DNA from: Owenia fusiformis
Taxonomy: Eukaryota
Assembly: GCA_903813345.2 (NCBI GenBank)
Contig: CAIIXF020000001.1
Span: 35,774,001 to 35,838,000, forward strand
Reading direction: 5' to 3'
DNA length: 64,000 nt
Below are positions 13,801 through 26,200 of the stretch, piece after piece (position 1 is the stretch's first letter; every line of letters begins with the position of its first letter). A model generated the notes under the pieces. That model saw only the letters and a program-made list of their open reading frames with translations, was not told the DNA's origin and made no database searches. A program made the position numbers and the translations under genes.

Positions 13801-14965
13801 AGATACTGAAATTGAAGAATTAAGATTGAAGATTAACCTATTGAACCACAACAAAAATACAGCTGCTGGTATATTATTGTCAGCTGTAAGGGATAATGTA
13901 GTATCAAATGTTTTAAAATATAATACTCAAACATTATAAGCTCCTTTCACTTCTTTTCAATTCATCAAAATAACAAGTAATTATTCAGATGTGAACAATT
14001 GATTCTTTAACAGCCAAGTGTATGTGCCTAAATAGGGATAACTGGTTTATAATTTAGATCCGGCTTTCTCGACACCCGAACCTACCACTGTTGCAACAAC
14101 AGTAGCAACCACTACTACCACAGCTGTTCCTACATCAGTAGCAACTACTACACCTACCACTATCCCTACAACAGTATCAACTACTGAGCCTTCAACTGTT
14201 CTTACAACAGTAGCATCTACTGTGCCGACCACTTTTCCTATATTAGTAGCAATTACTGTGCCATCAACGTTTCCTTCAACAGTAGAAACTACTGTGCCAA
14301 CAACTGTTCCAACGACAGTCGAAACTACTGAGCCTACAACTGTTCCCACGACAGTAGAAACTACTGAGCCTACAACTGTTCCCTCGACAGTCGAAACTAC
14401 TGAGCCTACAACTACCTATACAGCTTCTGGATTTGTAGCAGTCACAACTGTTAAATCCTCAACAACTACAATTGAGCCTACAACTGAAATAATAACTGAA
14501 TCTATGACAGTGACAACATTTAAACCTTCAACATTACCAATTGCTGAACCTACTACACCTACAACAATTGTTTCTTCAACTGCACAAGCATCTGCAAGGG
14601 CTACAAACCAAACAACTAAGATAGTAACTGAGTCTTCACCTCAACAAAGTGTATCGACTACAAAATTTGATGAATCAACAGCTTTTCCAACCATAATAGA
14701 AAGTAAAGAATCCCAAAAGTTGACAAGATTTCTGGAGAAAATGCTCAAAGAAAGGAACGAGGAAAAGGTATACAGACCTGCCAAGAAAATGGTCTTTGTT
14801 CCCGAAGAAGCTAAGATGGCAGTCGCTATTGGAGTGCCACCTATTATTGTCGTCATCATAATATTGGGTCTCATTTTCATATTAGACGTTCCAAGAGTTG
14901 CATTGGATTTAGTGCAAGCAGTTAAAAACATTAAAAGATCATTGACATCTATGTTTGTAAAGTAA
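1802..14965 (+). CDS. Multidomain type I membrane C-type lectin receptor (EGF-like, PAN, CTLD, PAN, EGF, CTLD, CTLD, mucin stalk, TM); 5' end unresolved
   Basis: Phase-consistent GT-AG exons: 1802-1885 ([15 protein letters not shown]), 2202-2432 (PAN-like [14 protein letters not shown]), 2877-3066 plus 3330-3562 (CTLD1, WADG..WTNW..LICE), 8375-8605 (PAN-like EECAQSCL), 9220-9342 ([27 protein letters not shown]), 10042-10216 plus 10365-10507 plus 11953-12009 (CTLD2, FWIGL), 12912-13080 plus 13567-13760 (CTLD3, IWIG), and 14058-14965 (TTEPTTVP repeats, [21 protein letters not shown], stop). Confidence 0.88.
4700..5330 (-). mobile_element. Degenerate 3' fragment of a non-LTR retrotransposon ORF2 (zf-RVT-like region, L1/Tx1-like)
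   Basis: ORF 4847-5137 reads [44 protein letters not shown], the typical CCHC zinc-binding C-terminus. It is frameshifted and truncated. Confidence 0.75.
6004..8174. mobile_element. Nested TIR element with ~78-bp inverted repeats
   Basis: CACGCCTAACCA.CGACAAGGTACAGTCACGTGACAGTGACAAAATATACC.TAGTACACTTTTGATGTACGATGTCA at 6004-6081, inverted at ~8097-8174. Confidence 0.7.
6828..7450. mobile_element. Tc1/mariner-type MITE
   Basis: TA|CAGGGTGTCCC...GGGACACTCTG|TA ends, with long internal inverted arms (CCCCTAGGCAGACATATACCA..). Confidence 0.8.
8962..9029. repeat. ~70-bp interspersed mini-element (second copy at 11607-11683)
   Basis: TACCCTT.GCATT..TCGACTTC.CTTCTTAA...AACTAGACTCTGC.CGCAG.GTA occurs twice in the window, with short TACCCT/AGGGTA-type inverted ends. 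Confidence 0.6.
10515..11705. mobile_element. Diverged foldback/MITE-like element in a lectin-gene intron
   Basis: Inverted arms: TATGGGCAAAT (~10521) vs ATTTGCCCATA (~11687), and AATATTGCTTATTATTT (~10673) vs AAATAATAAGCAATATT (~11449). The 11607-11683 mini-element is inserted in the right arm. Confidence 0.55.
12494..12567 (+). pseudogene. tRNA-Arg(TCT)-like pseudogene or SINE head
   Basis: GTCGCCTAATGGATAAAGGC (tRNA-Arg-type D arm), GACTTCTG anticodon region and GGTTCGAATCCC B box. The stems are degenerate. Confidence 0.55.
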
Positions 14966-17414
14966 TTCTTACATGCACATTTATTTGTATTATATGTATA
15001 CAAGTATATGCTCCAAAAACATGCACCGTGTTTATGGCCTATGATGAGAATTAAGTTCGACTGCTTCTGCCTGGAGTCAATCATCATGTCATCGTTCTGA
15101 CATAACCCGTGAATATATCTAAGTGCTTATAAATAATCATACCTGATCGATAGAACGGACCGATCACGGAAAGTATCGCAACAGGCTGCTAATTTTTGCG
15201 AGTAGTTTCTGGCTCTAACAAATGAATGCATATGAAATGCCCATATATAATCTTCAAGAAAGTTCAAAGAATGGTTTCAAGATCAATATGATTATCTCAT
15301 AATCCGTGTTTAATCCACCCTTCAAAAAGTTTTTTCCAAAATACATTCATCATTTTCACCATCGTCCATCGTTTTTCTACAATTTTTCATGCAAAGGTAC
15401 AATGTATTTGAACAAATGTTTCATCACTTAAAATATATAAAGGATTCCTCCTGGATTAGGATTAGGATAATCCGATATAAGGGGTCCAATGGGGAATGTC
15501 TTTGTTGTGCTTTTAGTTCAACACACTCAGATAAGATGTCATTGGTGTACCATAAAGTTAGTTCAAAATGTTTAGATGGTTGGATTTTGGTTAATACCCT
15601 GTTTGATCACTGGAGCATATCCCCTGCATCAAACAATTCTGAATTATGTCAAGTTGACTGTTTTATGTTTGTGTGCAGTTAAACCTGTTTGTGTGTGTGT
15701 GTAACATTTGAAATTCTGAATACCTCTCTATATCATAATTTCTATACTTTCATATCATTTAATTTAAACAGGTTCTCTGTATCTGGTTTATCACCAATGA
15801 TTCATGAGATATACAGTACTATTGAAAATCATATACCCTCTGTAAAGTAAAAAATGTGCATGGTCCTTTGTCAGTCATAACATCTTCAAAATTTTGTATG
15901 ATATTACTAAACTCTTGGAGGCACATGGTGTAAATATTGTGAATAACTGGTGGATTACAATTACAATTTGCTATAGTACATTTTCCTCTAAGCCTAGGAT
16001 ATCATTTTCTATATGTTTTAATCTTCATACCATTGTAAAGCCATTGTAAAAATTTATCAATTGTGTCAGTTACACCGATATGTTTATTTGATTAAATATT
16101 TTTCATAGACTGGTAAAAAACAGCCATGTTTTTTGTATAAGCAATTTGAGATATTATTGTTAAGTCTAGCCTGCAAGATGAATTCACGTATTATTTGTTT
16201 ATGAATAATAGCTTTGCAACAAAAACACTGTTATTATGAGAATATATCCACGAGTTTTTCTACAAAATTAGCTGTAATGTCGTAACAATGGAGCTTTGAT
16301 TTCAAAGCAGTTATCAGATTTAAGGTTTATGTGTATGTTTTGAATTTATTTGCAATCCTCTTGTGTGACATGCTATTGTTCAGGAACTCATTCCATACCC
16401 AGTCTACATCTTTCAGTTCACTTTTTAGTTCAGGTAGGTAATTGAATTTTTTCTCATTTTAATCATTTTGTAAAACCATTATTCTCTCTATTCTTTAGAT
16501 ATATTAGTCCACTCCTTGTGCAAAACTGAAAGGTGTACGGAATGTATGGAATGAGAATGAAAAACAGCATTTGACTCCCAATGAGGATTGCATAAATATT
16601 CCAAACATACAATACACACTTAACTTAAGGTAGAACTTCACTGTCGGTCGACTTTTTTTCTACATTTCAGATTTTTGGGGAAAAAATCTAAGTGAATGAT
16701 ATACTGATGTATCACAAAATATGTGAAATATTAGAAATATTGACCACTTGAAAAATATTTAATTTAACATGGGTTTCAATGAGAAATGCATTTTTAAAAT
16801 AAAGAGTTTGTAAAATTCAGATTCTCTTTAAAAAGTTGTGATCATTCTATGAGAAACAAAAATTATTGAAAAATAATATGTATGAAAATTCTCAGTAAAA
16901 CTGACTCTCAGAGTCCATACAGTGAATATTTTCTCAATTACTGAACCTTATATTTTAACATGTCCTGTCATTCTCAATAAAACGTTAAAACTATTAAGAC
17001 GCTTTAGTCATTGCTTTTCAGTGAGGAATTGGACACTTTTTCTTTTTAAGTTTTTTTGTCCAAGGTCCTTATGAACAATACAAATAATGCCAGCCCTTTA
17101 GATTCCAGTTGCTTTCTCGATATCTCACGAGAAAAGTTGCTCGTAAAGGAATCATCATCTTGACTAGATGTAAGTTGTTCTGCCTTGTCTATTATTCACT
17201 TTTGTCTTTGCTGTTTTGGGTCTACCACCCTCAGGCTTTCTTAGAATTGACCCAGTTTCGCACCTTTACTGCCCAAAGTTTAACTGACTATTGATGGTAT
17301 TGACATTGACAATATTTAAATCATAGGAAATTGAATGCTCTTTCCAATGGTATACAATATTCTACACATATATGGCTTGTGTAAATATTATGGTCAAGCC
17401 GGGGGCATCATTAA

Positions 17415-18235
17415 AGGCCCCATCTAAAGTTTAAACCACTTTGGCTTATATTGTATTCTTACCCAATGTTATCAAAGTGTGATATGTGAAACTTTTTTTT
17501 AAATTTCAAAAAGTGGTTTTTGATAGACTTTTTGTTCCAAAATTTGTGAATTTATTTAAAACCAGTTTTTAGAGGTCACTCATATCTTCTTATTAGCCAC
17601 AATTCATACCAATGCATAGCATTCATCCTCCCGTGTTTTTTGCCGAAAAAATTAAGAAAATCGGTTCATAAATAAGCGAGAAATGAACTTATCAGTGCAT
17701 GAAAATGGTTCTGAGAAAAATGCATTTCAAAATTTTAGTTCTCATAGAAACCAATGGTACAATGATATCTAAAACATAATTTATTCTTCCTTTTAACCTG
17801 GTAAGACAATCAACATTGGTTTTTATGAAAGTCTAACATATTTAGAAAAGATTGACATCGAAAAAAAAATTTCAATTTTTTTCAAAAAGTTTTTGGTACC
17901 TTAGTGACATCACTAATGTTTCAAAATATTTTTGATATGTTAAAACATTGAAGTGGCCCATTAAATATGGCATTTTATTATTGAAATAGTGTGTCCTTTG
18001 TTCAACCTTTGCATTGGTGTTAAAAATATAATCTTTTTTGAAATGCATTAAGAAATATTTGATGATTAAGAAATTTCAAAAAATGGCGGGAAATTTGAAT
18101 ATTTGAGAAATGAAATGCTCACAACTTTTTTTTCAAAATTTTTTTTTTGTTCAAAAATCTCTAAAATCACATTTTAAGTCCTGACAAATAGTAAATGAAT
18201 GATAAAAAAATATTTTCAAACTTTAGACGGGGACT
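17415..18235. mobile_element. Kolobok-like non-autonomous element (TTAA TSD)
   Basis: TTAA|AGGCCCCATCTAAAG ... CTTTAGACGGGGACT|TTAA (13/15 TIR match). A related 5'-truncated copy lies at ~56860-57388. Confidence 0.7.
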
Positions 18236-19416
18236 TTAAGGCATGCTCATGTCAAGGAAATACATTACACATTGCACGCCACTCTGTTTCCTTTCGAAAT
18301 GATGAAATTGAGATATTCTGACCAAAATAGCTAAGGTCTGAAGCCTGGTGAAAAAAGCATGGTGAGATTCATTCGTAAACATTTGTGCAGCAATGAATAC
18401 GTTTGATATATGCACTGATGTGTCCTCTTGATATTGGTATCTTGTATCAACCGTATAAATTTCATGCTCGACAATGATAGTAAATAAATAATAAAGATTA
18501 CTGCACATTGTCTAAAGTAGGCCGCTCGGTATTGCAAACCGTTTTCAAAACGTCACCTAATAGCCAGTATTGACGGAATAGTCTTGACAAATTAAAGATC
18601 GATGCCTTCCGTGCGCATGAAGTTCTAATATTTCATGATTTTAGAAATACAATTCACAAAATAATGATTTAGTAAGGAATAATACAATACACTCATAATA
18701 TATCAAGAATCCAATTCATCAATTGGTGTATATGAAAGCGGACTATTTTCACCAGATTTTGGATATTTTTCAATTTGCCCGCCGCAGTGTCTATTCTGAT
18801 ACACTGGCTTGGAAGTTTGGTCAAACAAATCCAGACGACATTAAAGATCATGTTGATATCGACGAAGAAAATATCAAGCTGTGCAACAGAACCTTTTGAT
18901 TTTTAATAAATATTTCGCAACCGGCTCATTTACAAGTATAATTTTGACCCTTTCAATGTGGCAACGGGTAAAAAGATTCTGTGGTTAGATATTACCGACT
19001 TGTTTTTCATAAAACAATCAACAACACGTCGTATTCATGAATCTTTGGGGAATTTTTTTTATCGCATCACTCTATCACAACCAGTAGTATTGTGGGAAAA
19101 TTAGTTGATATCTATTTTTGTTTCATCGATTTCAATACATGATCTCCAACATTCCTCATTTTACTCATCAATAGGGAAAGTCAATAGTTAGTGTCAAAAG
19201 TGCTATGTCATTTTGATCTGTTGTTGAAAAGGCAATTACCAAAGTAAATGTGAACTTAATGCCAGTCACATAATCACCACAACGGCACTCTATGGCATCC
19301 ATTCAATATGCAACGACTTTTATTAAGCAGTTGTCTATATCAAATAGACTGCTACTCGTGGAATCATGACATGGTGGTTCTAGTCTAGAATAGGTATGTA
19401 TAAAATAAAATGACAT

Positions 19417-20350
19417 CTTACATTTTGACGAGCACCTTAACCATGGTTATCAAATGAAAGGTAAAGGGTTTCTTTATTGATACTGAGATTTGCCAAGATG
19501 AAAAAGGTGTCGAAGTGACTTTTTGGGTAAAAAATGTGTTTTTTGCAAAAAAAAATTTTAAATCGATAAAAAATATTTTTGAAAACTTATGATATAAAAT
19601 ACAGTCAAGTTGACTATCAAAAGTCGAAATATACCATGTTTAATCAACTCGGGGGGGGGGGGATTTTGGGACCTTAATAGTTTTTTCTTTGGGATTTGCA
19701 TGCAATATCGATTAAAACGAGTGTGTTCAAAATATTGATGACAACGTTAACACATTTTGACGAGCAGCTTAACCATGGTTAATAATTGAAAGGTAAAGGG
19801 TTCCTTTATTGATACTGAGATTTGCCAAGATGAAATAGGTGTCAAAGTGAGTTTTTGGGTAAAAAATGCGTTTTTTGCAAAAAAATTAAATTTATAAAAA
19901 ATATTTTTAAAAATTTATTATATAAAATACAGTCTAGTTGACTCTCAAAAGTCAAAATAAACTTAGGGGATTTTGGGAGCTTAATAATTTTTTCTTTGTG
20001 ATTTGCATGCAATATCGACTAAAACGAGTGTGTTCAAAATATGATGACAATGTTAACACATTTTGACGAGCAGCTTAACCATGGTTAATAATTGAAAGGT
20101 AAAGAGTTCCTTTATTGATACTGAGATTTGCCAAGATGAAATAGGTGTCGAAGTAAGTTTTTGGGTAAAAAATGAGTTTTTTGCAAAAATAATTTTATGT
20201 TAAAAAGAACATTTTTAGAAAAATTATTATATGAAATACAGTCTAGTTGACTCAAAAAAGTCGAAATATACCATGTTTAATCAAGGGCTCCTTTATTGAT
20301 ACTGAGATTTACCAAGATGAAATAGGTGTCAAAATGTGTTTTGGGTGAAG
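19417..20350. repeat. Tandem array of ~305-330-bp units (about 3.2 copies), related to an inverted sequence at ~21760-21870
   Basis: ACATTTTGACGAGCA.CTTAACCATGGTT recurs at ~19420, ~19752 and ~20058; CTTTATTGATACTGAGATTT recurs again at 20291. Reverse-complement similarity at 21770-21868 (TTTCGACACC..TTGGCAAATCTCA, GTGCTCGCCAAAATGTAAGA). Confidence 0.75.
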
Positions 20351-22091
20351 TGCGTTTTTACAAGAGAAATTCAAAAATTGAAATATCTTTTTTGAAATTA
20401 AATTTTAACAAATATAGTCCGATTGATTATAAAAGAAGTGAGAACAACTATTTGTTATCAATTTCGAGAGATTTTCGAAACTGTTTGAGGTATATTGTCT
20501 TGTGGTTTGTATCTTGCGAATTCAAAGGCGCTTGAATTAACGTTACTGCAAGGAGTTAAGGGGGTTGCGGTTGGTGCGATCTCAACCCCACCCAAAAAAT
20601 ACAACCAAAAAAGAGATGAGAGGTTTAGAATGCTTTTTGAAGTTTCTAGGTCAATTTTGAAGGAGGTTGCACCAATTTTTAAAATACTACGATCGCAGCC
20701 CCCCCCCCCCCTCAGCTGGTTGAAAGCGGGCTACGGCCCTGCTATGTATACCCTTTGTTTTATGTATATTCCAGTTCATACGTTAATTAATGAAAACACC
20801 ATATAATTATCTGTGATGTAGCGGATATCTTCAATAAATATTTTAATGTATATTAAGAAGATACGTGGTCAATGAAATTTGTATAAATTAAATAGTATTT
20901 AATGTAAACAATTACCAAAGATTTGAACTGCATCAATCTGTTATCATATTTGCACCCAGCAGTACATTTGATCCTATACACTGAGCTCATTGGCACTGAC
21001 CAATAAGCTTTGCATTACGTTGTGCAGTGTATGTCTGGTATGAATGTAGAACTCATGATTAGTACAAGTACATTTGACGAATATTTTAATGTGATTTTCA
21101 CCTTCATCTTCTATTTCATAATTATTCTCATTTATTTATTGACTGTAATTTCATTGGTACCATCAATTTTAAATATCAAGCATGTTACGAAACTCTTTGT
21201 TACAGTCTAAGCACACAAGTCAAGATCAAGACCAAGTATCCTCTTAGCTTGGTACAGGTACATCAAAATATCCCTTGTTAATTGCACTGTTGTGTGTCTA
21301 GCTCAGGCTATGTGTGAGAAGATGTTTACTGAAGTGGAGGGGGGAGGGGTCACAGAGGCTTGAAGCTAGACTACCTTATTTAACACATAATACAACGTGG
21401 CTTGATTATGGGTTACTTACAGTATAGTAAAATAACCATTCGGTATATCAAATAAGCATGTACTTTTATGTGATAACAGACTTATAAATACAGTAGCTCC
21501 CTTATGAGAGAATCTGAGGAGCAGACAATGCTGCAATGCTGTAGTGTGATTCTGATTATTGGTTTACTAGTTCAGTAAAATCAATCAAAGCAGATTGAGT
21601 ACTGTTATCTATGGATTTTTCAAAACACTGGCACATGTCCAGCATGAAACAATTGACACATTGACCATAGCTGTTTGGGCATTTATGTGGTGATCACCAC
21701 TGGTTGTATTGATTGAACTAGTTAAGAAATGAAGAATGCTATACTAATTAATCGTCTAATTAGTGCCTTTCGACACCTCGTTCACTTTGGCAAATCTCAC
21801 AAATCGTTTGTAAGATTTAAAGGATTGTTTTGATACAGGTCTCTGGGGTGCTCGCCAAAATGTAAGAACTCTCTCTTTCTAGAGGCTTTTATTTTGAAAA
21901 TATTCTAGACTATTCTAAAAGAGGGTTAACGTTGAGGAAATTAAGGTAAAGCATGAAGTGGATACTCGTCAAAGTACAACAACATATAAGAAATGGATAT
22001 TGTATGAACGGTTGATACGGTTCCAGAAAATATTGCAGACAAGACAACTGATGGGGATACATAAACCATTTCATGGCTTTATTACTTTTGG

Positions 22092-23118
22092 GATTTACCC
22101 CAAAGATTTTAAGTATCATTTACATGTTTGACTCATAATTGTTTATGCACATACCGAAAATATACCAATTATCTACGTGCAAGTCATATCAATAATATAC
22201 AAGTACTCGTTTTCGGGGGCTGTGCAGCAGACTGAGTCAAACATCTAAACAGCGAACACCATGGTTGGTTGAGTATTCCCCATGCCAAAGTTGTGTAAGA
22301 TGGCTGCATCAGGAAGTAGTTTATTGGAAGACAAGTTGGTTTCGGATGCATCCATCTTGTTAGGTATATTGTATATTGTACATATATTATGTTACGTGTA
22401 ACTGTTAACTATTTATGCATGTTTGTAGTTAAACAGAAATATAATTGTATCTTATAATTGATTGCTATATATACTTGTGCTGTGGAGTTCTTTTGTCATA
22501 AATTGAGGTTTAATTTAATTAAACCTTGTTTATGTGAAGAAAGAATTCCATGCTCTATACTCATTAATCATTCAAGAAGGTGGGTGGCGAGCGATACCAT
22601 ATGTGTTTCACTTTCTTGTATGCTCTCGAACAAGCTACAAGGAGTCGCTAACCCCCCATCCATCCCCGATTCACCTCCTTAATTATGAATACACAACCCT
22701 ATGGTGTGATTTACCCCAAAGATTTTAAGTATCATTTACATGTTTGACTCATAATTGTTTATGCACATACCGAAAATATACCAATTATCTACGTGCAAGT
22801 CATATCAATAATATACAAGTACTCGTTTTCGGGGGCTGTGCAGCAGACTGAGTCAAACATCTAAACAGCGAACACCATGGTTGGTTGAGTATTCCCCATG
22901 CCAAAGTTGTGTAAGATGGCTGCATCAGGAAGTAGTTTATTGGAAGACAAGTTGGTTTCGGATGCATCCATCTTGTTAGGTATATTGTATATTGTACATA
23001 TATTATGTTACGTGTAACTGTTAACTATTTATGCATGTTTGTAGTTAAACAGAAATATAATTGTATCTTATAATTGATTGCTATATATACTTGTGCTGTG
23101 GAGTTCTTTTGTCATAAA
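22092..23118. repeat. Apparently identical 411-bp direct repeat (22092-22502 and 22708-23118) with a 205-bp spacer
   Basis: GATTTACCCCAAAG...TTTTGTCATAAA is repeated at an offset of 616 bp. No mismatches were seen by eye. Confidence 0.9.
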
Positions 23119-23244
23119 CTGATCTAAATTGCTTTATACTGTGATGACTGATACTATAGAATGTTGCATTCCCTGATGGGTCATTACTAGCAATAAGCCT
23201 CAACTTGTAAGATCGGAATATAGTTTGTACGTTAGATGTAGATC

Positions 23245-26200
23245 ATGGAGACATTGTTTTATTCTTTATTGGCCATTGCCTTACTACAGACAGTAGTCAT
23301 AATTCAAGGGATAACATCCAGCAAACAGAATAAAGGCGATGTGTAAGTACATTCTTTATAGTTCACTATTCGTATCCTACGCTCACCAAGTAATACCACG
23401 ATAATGATGTTATTAAACGACAATTTCGATCAGCAACTTTCTAAGATGTCATATAATTTGTACATTTGATGATATTGGCATACGTTTCATGGGATTAGAC
23501 AAATGAAAACAATACTGTTAGCTGACCTACATAAATCAGCCATGTAATTTGGAATATGGAATGCACGTTTTAATGTTATCCCAGCCTCTCTCTTGTTTCA
23601 TTAGGGGATTAGATCTACATGTAGGTCTAGAATATTGATGATGAAGAATATAAATGTGTGTTTTCCCAACTGCTCTGTGGAAGAACTCGTCAAGCTGTTA
23701 TGCCGAAAACAGATCCGTTGAGGTAGCAAAATGGCGCAGTCTCGGAGGAGAAAATTCGATAGAATTTTCCTTTTCAATTATTTAAAGAGATGAAGTCGGA
23801 ATCTTCACACCTTTTTCGGCACAGACGAGTTTCAGCATAATCGTGAAATCATGAAAAAAGAAAAATCAACCAAACTTTCCCCACCGGGGCTGCAGCCTTT
23901 TACCATTATAATGTATCCGGTAACCAGCTTTCGGGTTGCTCCATAGTGATCAGCTGAAACCCCTATTTACTGAAGTGCCAGGGATATAATAGCATTCAGT
24001 TTTGCCTGTTTTCAGTCAAATGAAATATATTCCGCTTTCAAGAATCAATAGTCAATGTTATTTTCTTGGAAGACATGTTTTATTTAACATACAAATACAC
24101 AAAGGGGAACATTTTAGTGAATCGAATGTCTGAATGATTAATTTGCGCAAGTCCGAGTCTTACTGGTCCCTGGGACATACATTTCAGTGTTTTACAGAGT
24201 TTTAGGATGGGTTAATTATGATGCACCTGTGCCGTTTCATTATATGAATCAGAAAATACATCATGAACAGACAAAACAGACTAGATATTTCTAGAAACCC
24301 TGTTTTTGTCTACTAAACTACAAACTAAAATACATGTATACTCGGAAGTACATAAGTAGAATGCATTTTGATTGGTTAAAATGCCAATCCATGTCAAGGG
24401 GTTTCTCTTTTTATCTGGACATTCTGACTCTTGGCCTGGATCTTCGATTACTTCCATATTCTGAAATCATTTTCTGATTGCTTTCAGAAAGTCATACTCT
24501 CCATCCTTTATGTCATATTAATGTACTTGTTATCATATTTATGTTGTGATATTGTATTTGTTATTTACAGGGTGGTCAAAAAAAATGGAAACCCTGCATT
24601 TTCCTCATATCTTCGTCATTTTGTGTAATTATTCCCTGAAATTTGACACACATGTACAACATTCAATTTCCTACCAGCTAATAATATTTCATGACCATTA
24701 GATTGATAGTCACAATGGTACAGCACTTTGAACAAGATGCCCCAATGTGGCCACCATCGCGCTATTGGCAAATCTGAACAGGTTGTCAATGATCTGACTA
24801 CATTTTTCAGCAGGTATGGCCTGAATGACATGGATGATCTGCTTTTTGAGGTCTGCAGTTGTCCTGGGGTTATTTTTGTACACTCTTTTTTTTGGTGTAT
24901 CACCACAGGTTGAAGTTAGGTAGGGACATTTTGGATGATAGGTGCAGGTTTGCCGAAAGTGCAATATTGGCCAATGGAGCATGTTGTTTAAAGTGCTGTA
25001 ATATTGTGACTATCAATTTGATGGTCATGAAATATAGAAGGCTGGTAGGAAATTGAATGATGTGCAAATGTGCTAAATAAATATCAGGGAGTAATTTCCT
25101 AAAATGACAAAGATATGAGGAAAATGGCGACAGGGTTTCCTTTTTTTGACCACCCTGTATATATAATATATGTATTTCTAGGACAAGTGATCAAAATGAA
25201 GATGCAGTGTTAGCTATACTGAGTAACTACACAAATATAGAGACGAAACTGCGACCATATCACGGAGGTATCTCTTCAAAATTCTTGGGGTTTATATATA
25301 TATATATTCTGTTGGTTTTGAGAACATGAGATTATCTGATTCTCTGAGATTTTATGAATAAAACAGTATTTTCAAATATTTACATTTTTGATGTCACTCA
25401 CCCCTTAAGGTTAATGTGACATTAGAAACACGATGTGCCTAGAAATTATCGATATGATGGTATATAGTCACGACTTTATTTACCTATTGATGGAATTCAA
25501 GTGATCAATTCTTATTTCATCACAGATAATTAATGAGACAATACGTACAGAGACGCAAATATTCGCTTAACTCAATGGTGCAAATCTGAATCATGTTTCA
25601 CATCCAGTCTCAGGTTCTTTCAACCTTAAATGGACATCACATTCTTTCTTATTGTTGTAACTTATACAAAATGCATAAAACTGAAATGCGTAAAATAGAA
25701 ACAAGCATTTAACGTATATGATCCAAAAAGTATGTACAACCATGGACTTTCAAGTCTATCAACATATTATCACAACAGGTTTGTAGTATATCAACAAATT
25801 ATAATGGTACCGTTTCAGAGAAAATCAATGTTTATCAATAAATTATATATAAACATAGAATCACTTATACTAATCTCGTATACACTATCTACCTGTTAAA
25901 ATTAGATAATGTAATTAGATATATGTAAGCATAATGCAACCCATGCAGACGGATCACCTCAAATAACATTCGTATGATGCGAGACTCGGCATTCACCAGG
26001 AAACTAGAAATATTTTGCCACCCATGAAGCAAACTATTTTTTGCTTCTAAATAAATAGTATAAGTATGAGCATTGCACGACGTCTTGATATTTCAAGGTA
26101 TCTCGTTTCAATAGTGATTGCAGTGATTGGAATTACGATGTAAAGATAAAACCGCAATGAAATATTCGTTGATTTCTTTGAAAAACTAACTAACCTACAT

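Noticed and set aside
14047..15087. Minus-strand ORFs 14047-14349 and 14641-15087
   Set aside because: Antisense shadows of the Thr-rich mucin/TM exon.
22092..23118. LTR retrotransposon or TRIM reading of the 411-bp direct repeat
   Set aside because: No TG..CA termini, primer-binding site or flanking TSD were seen.
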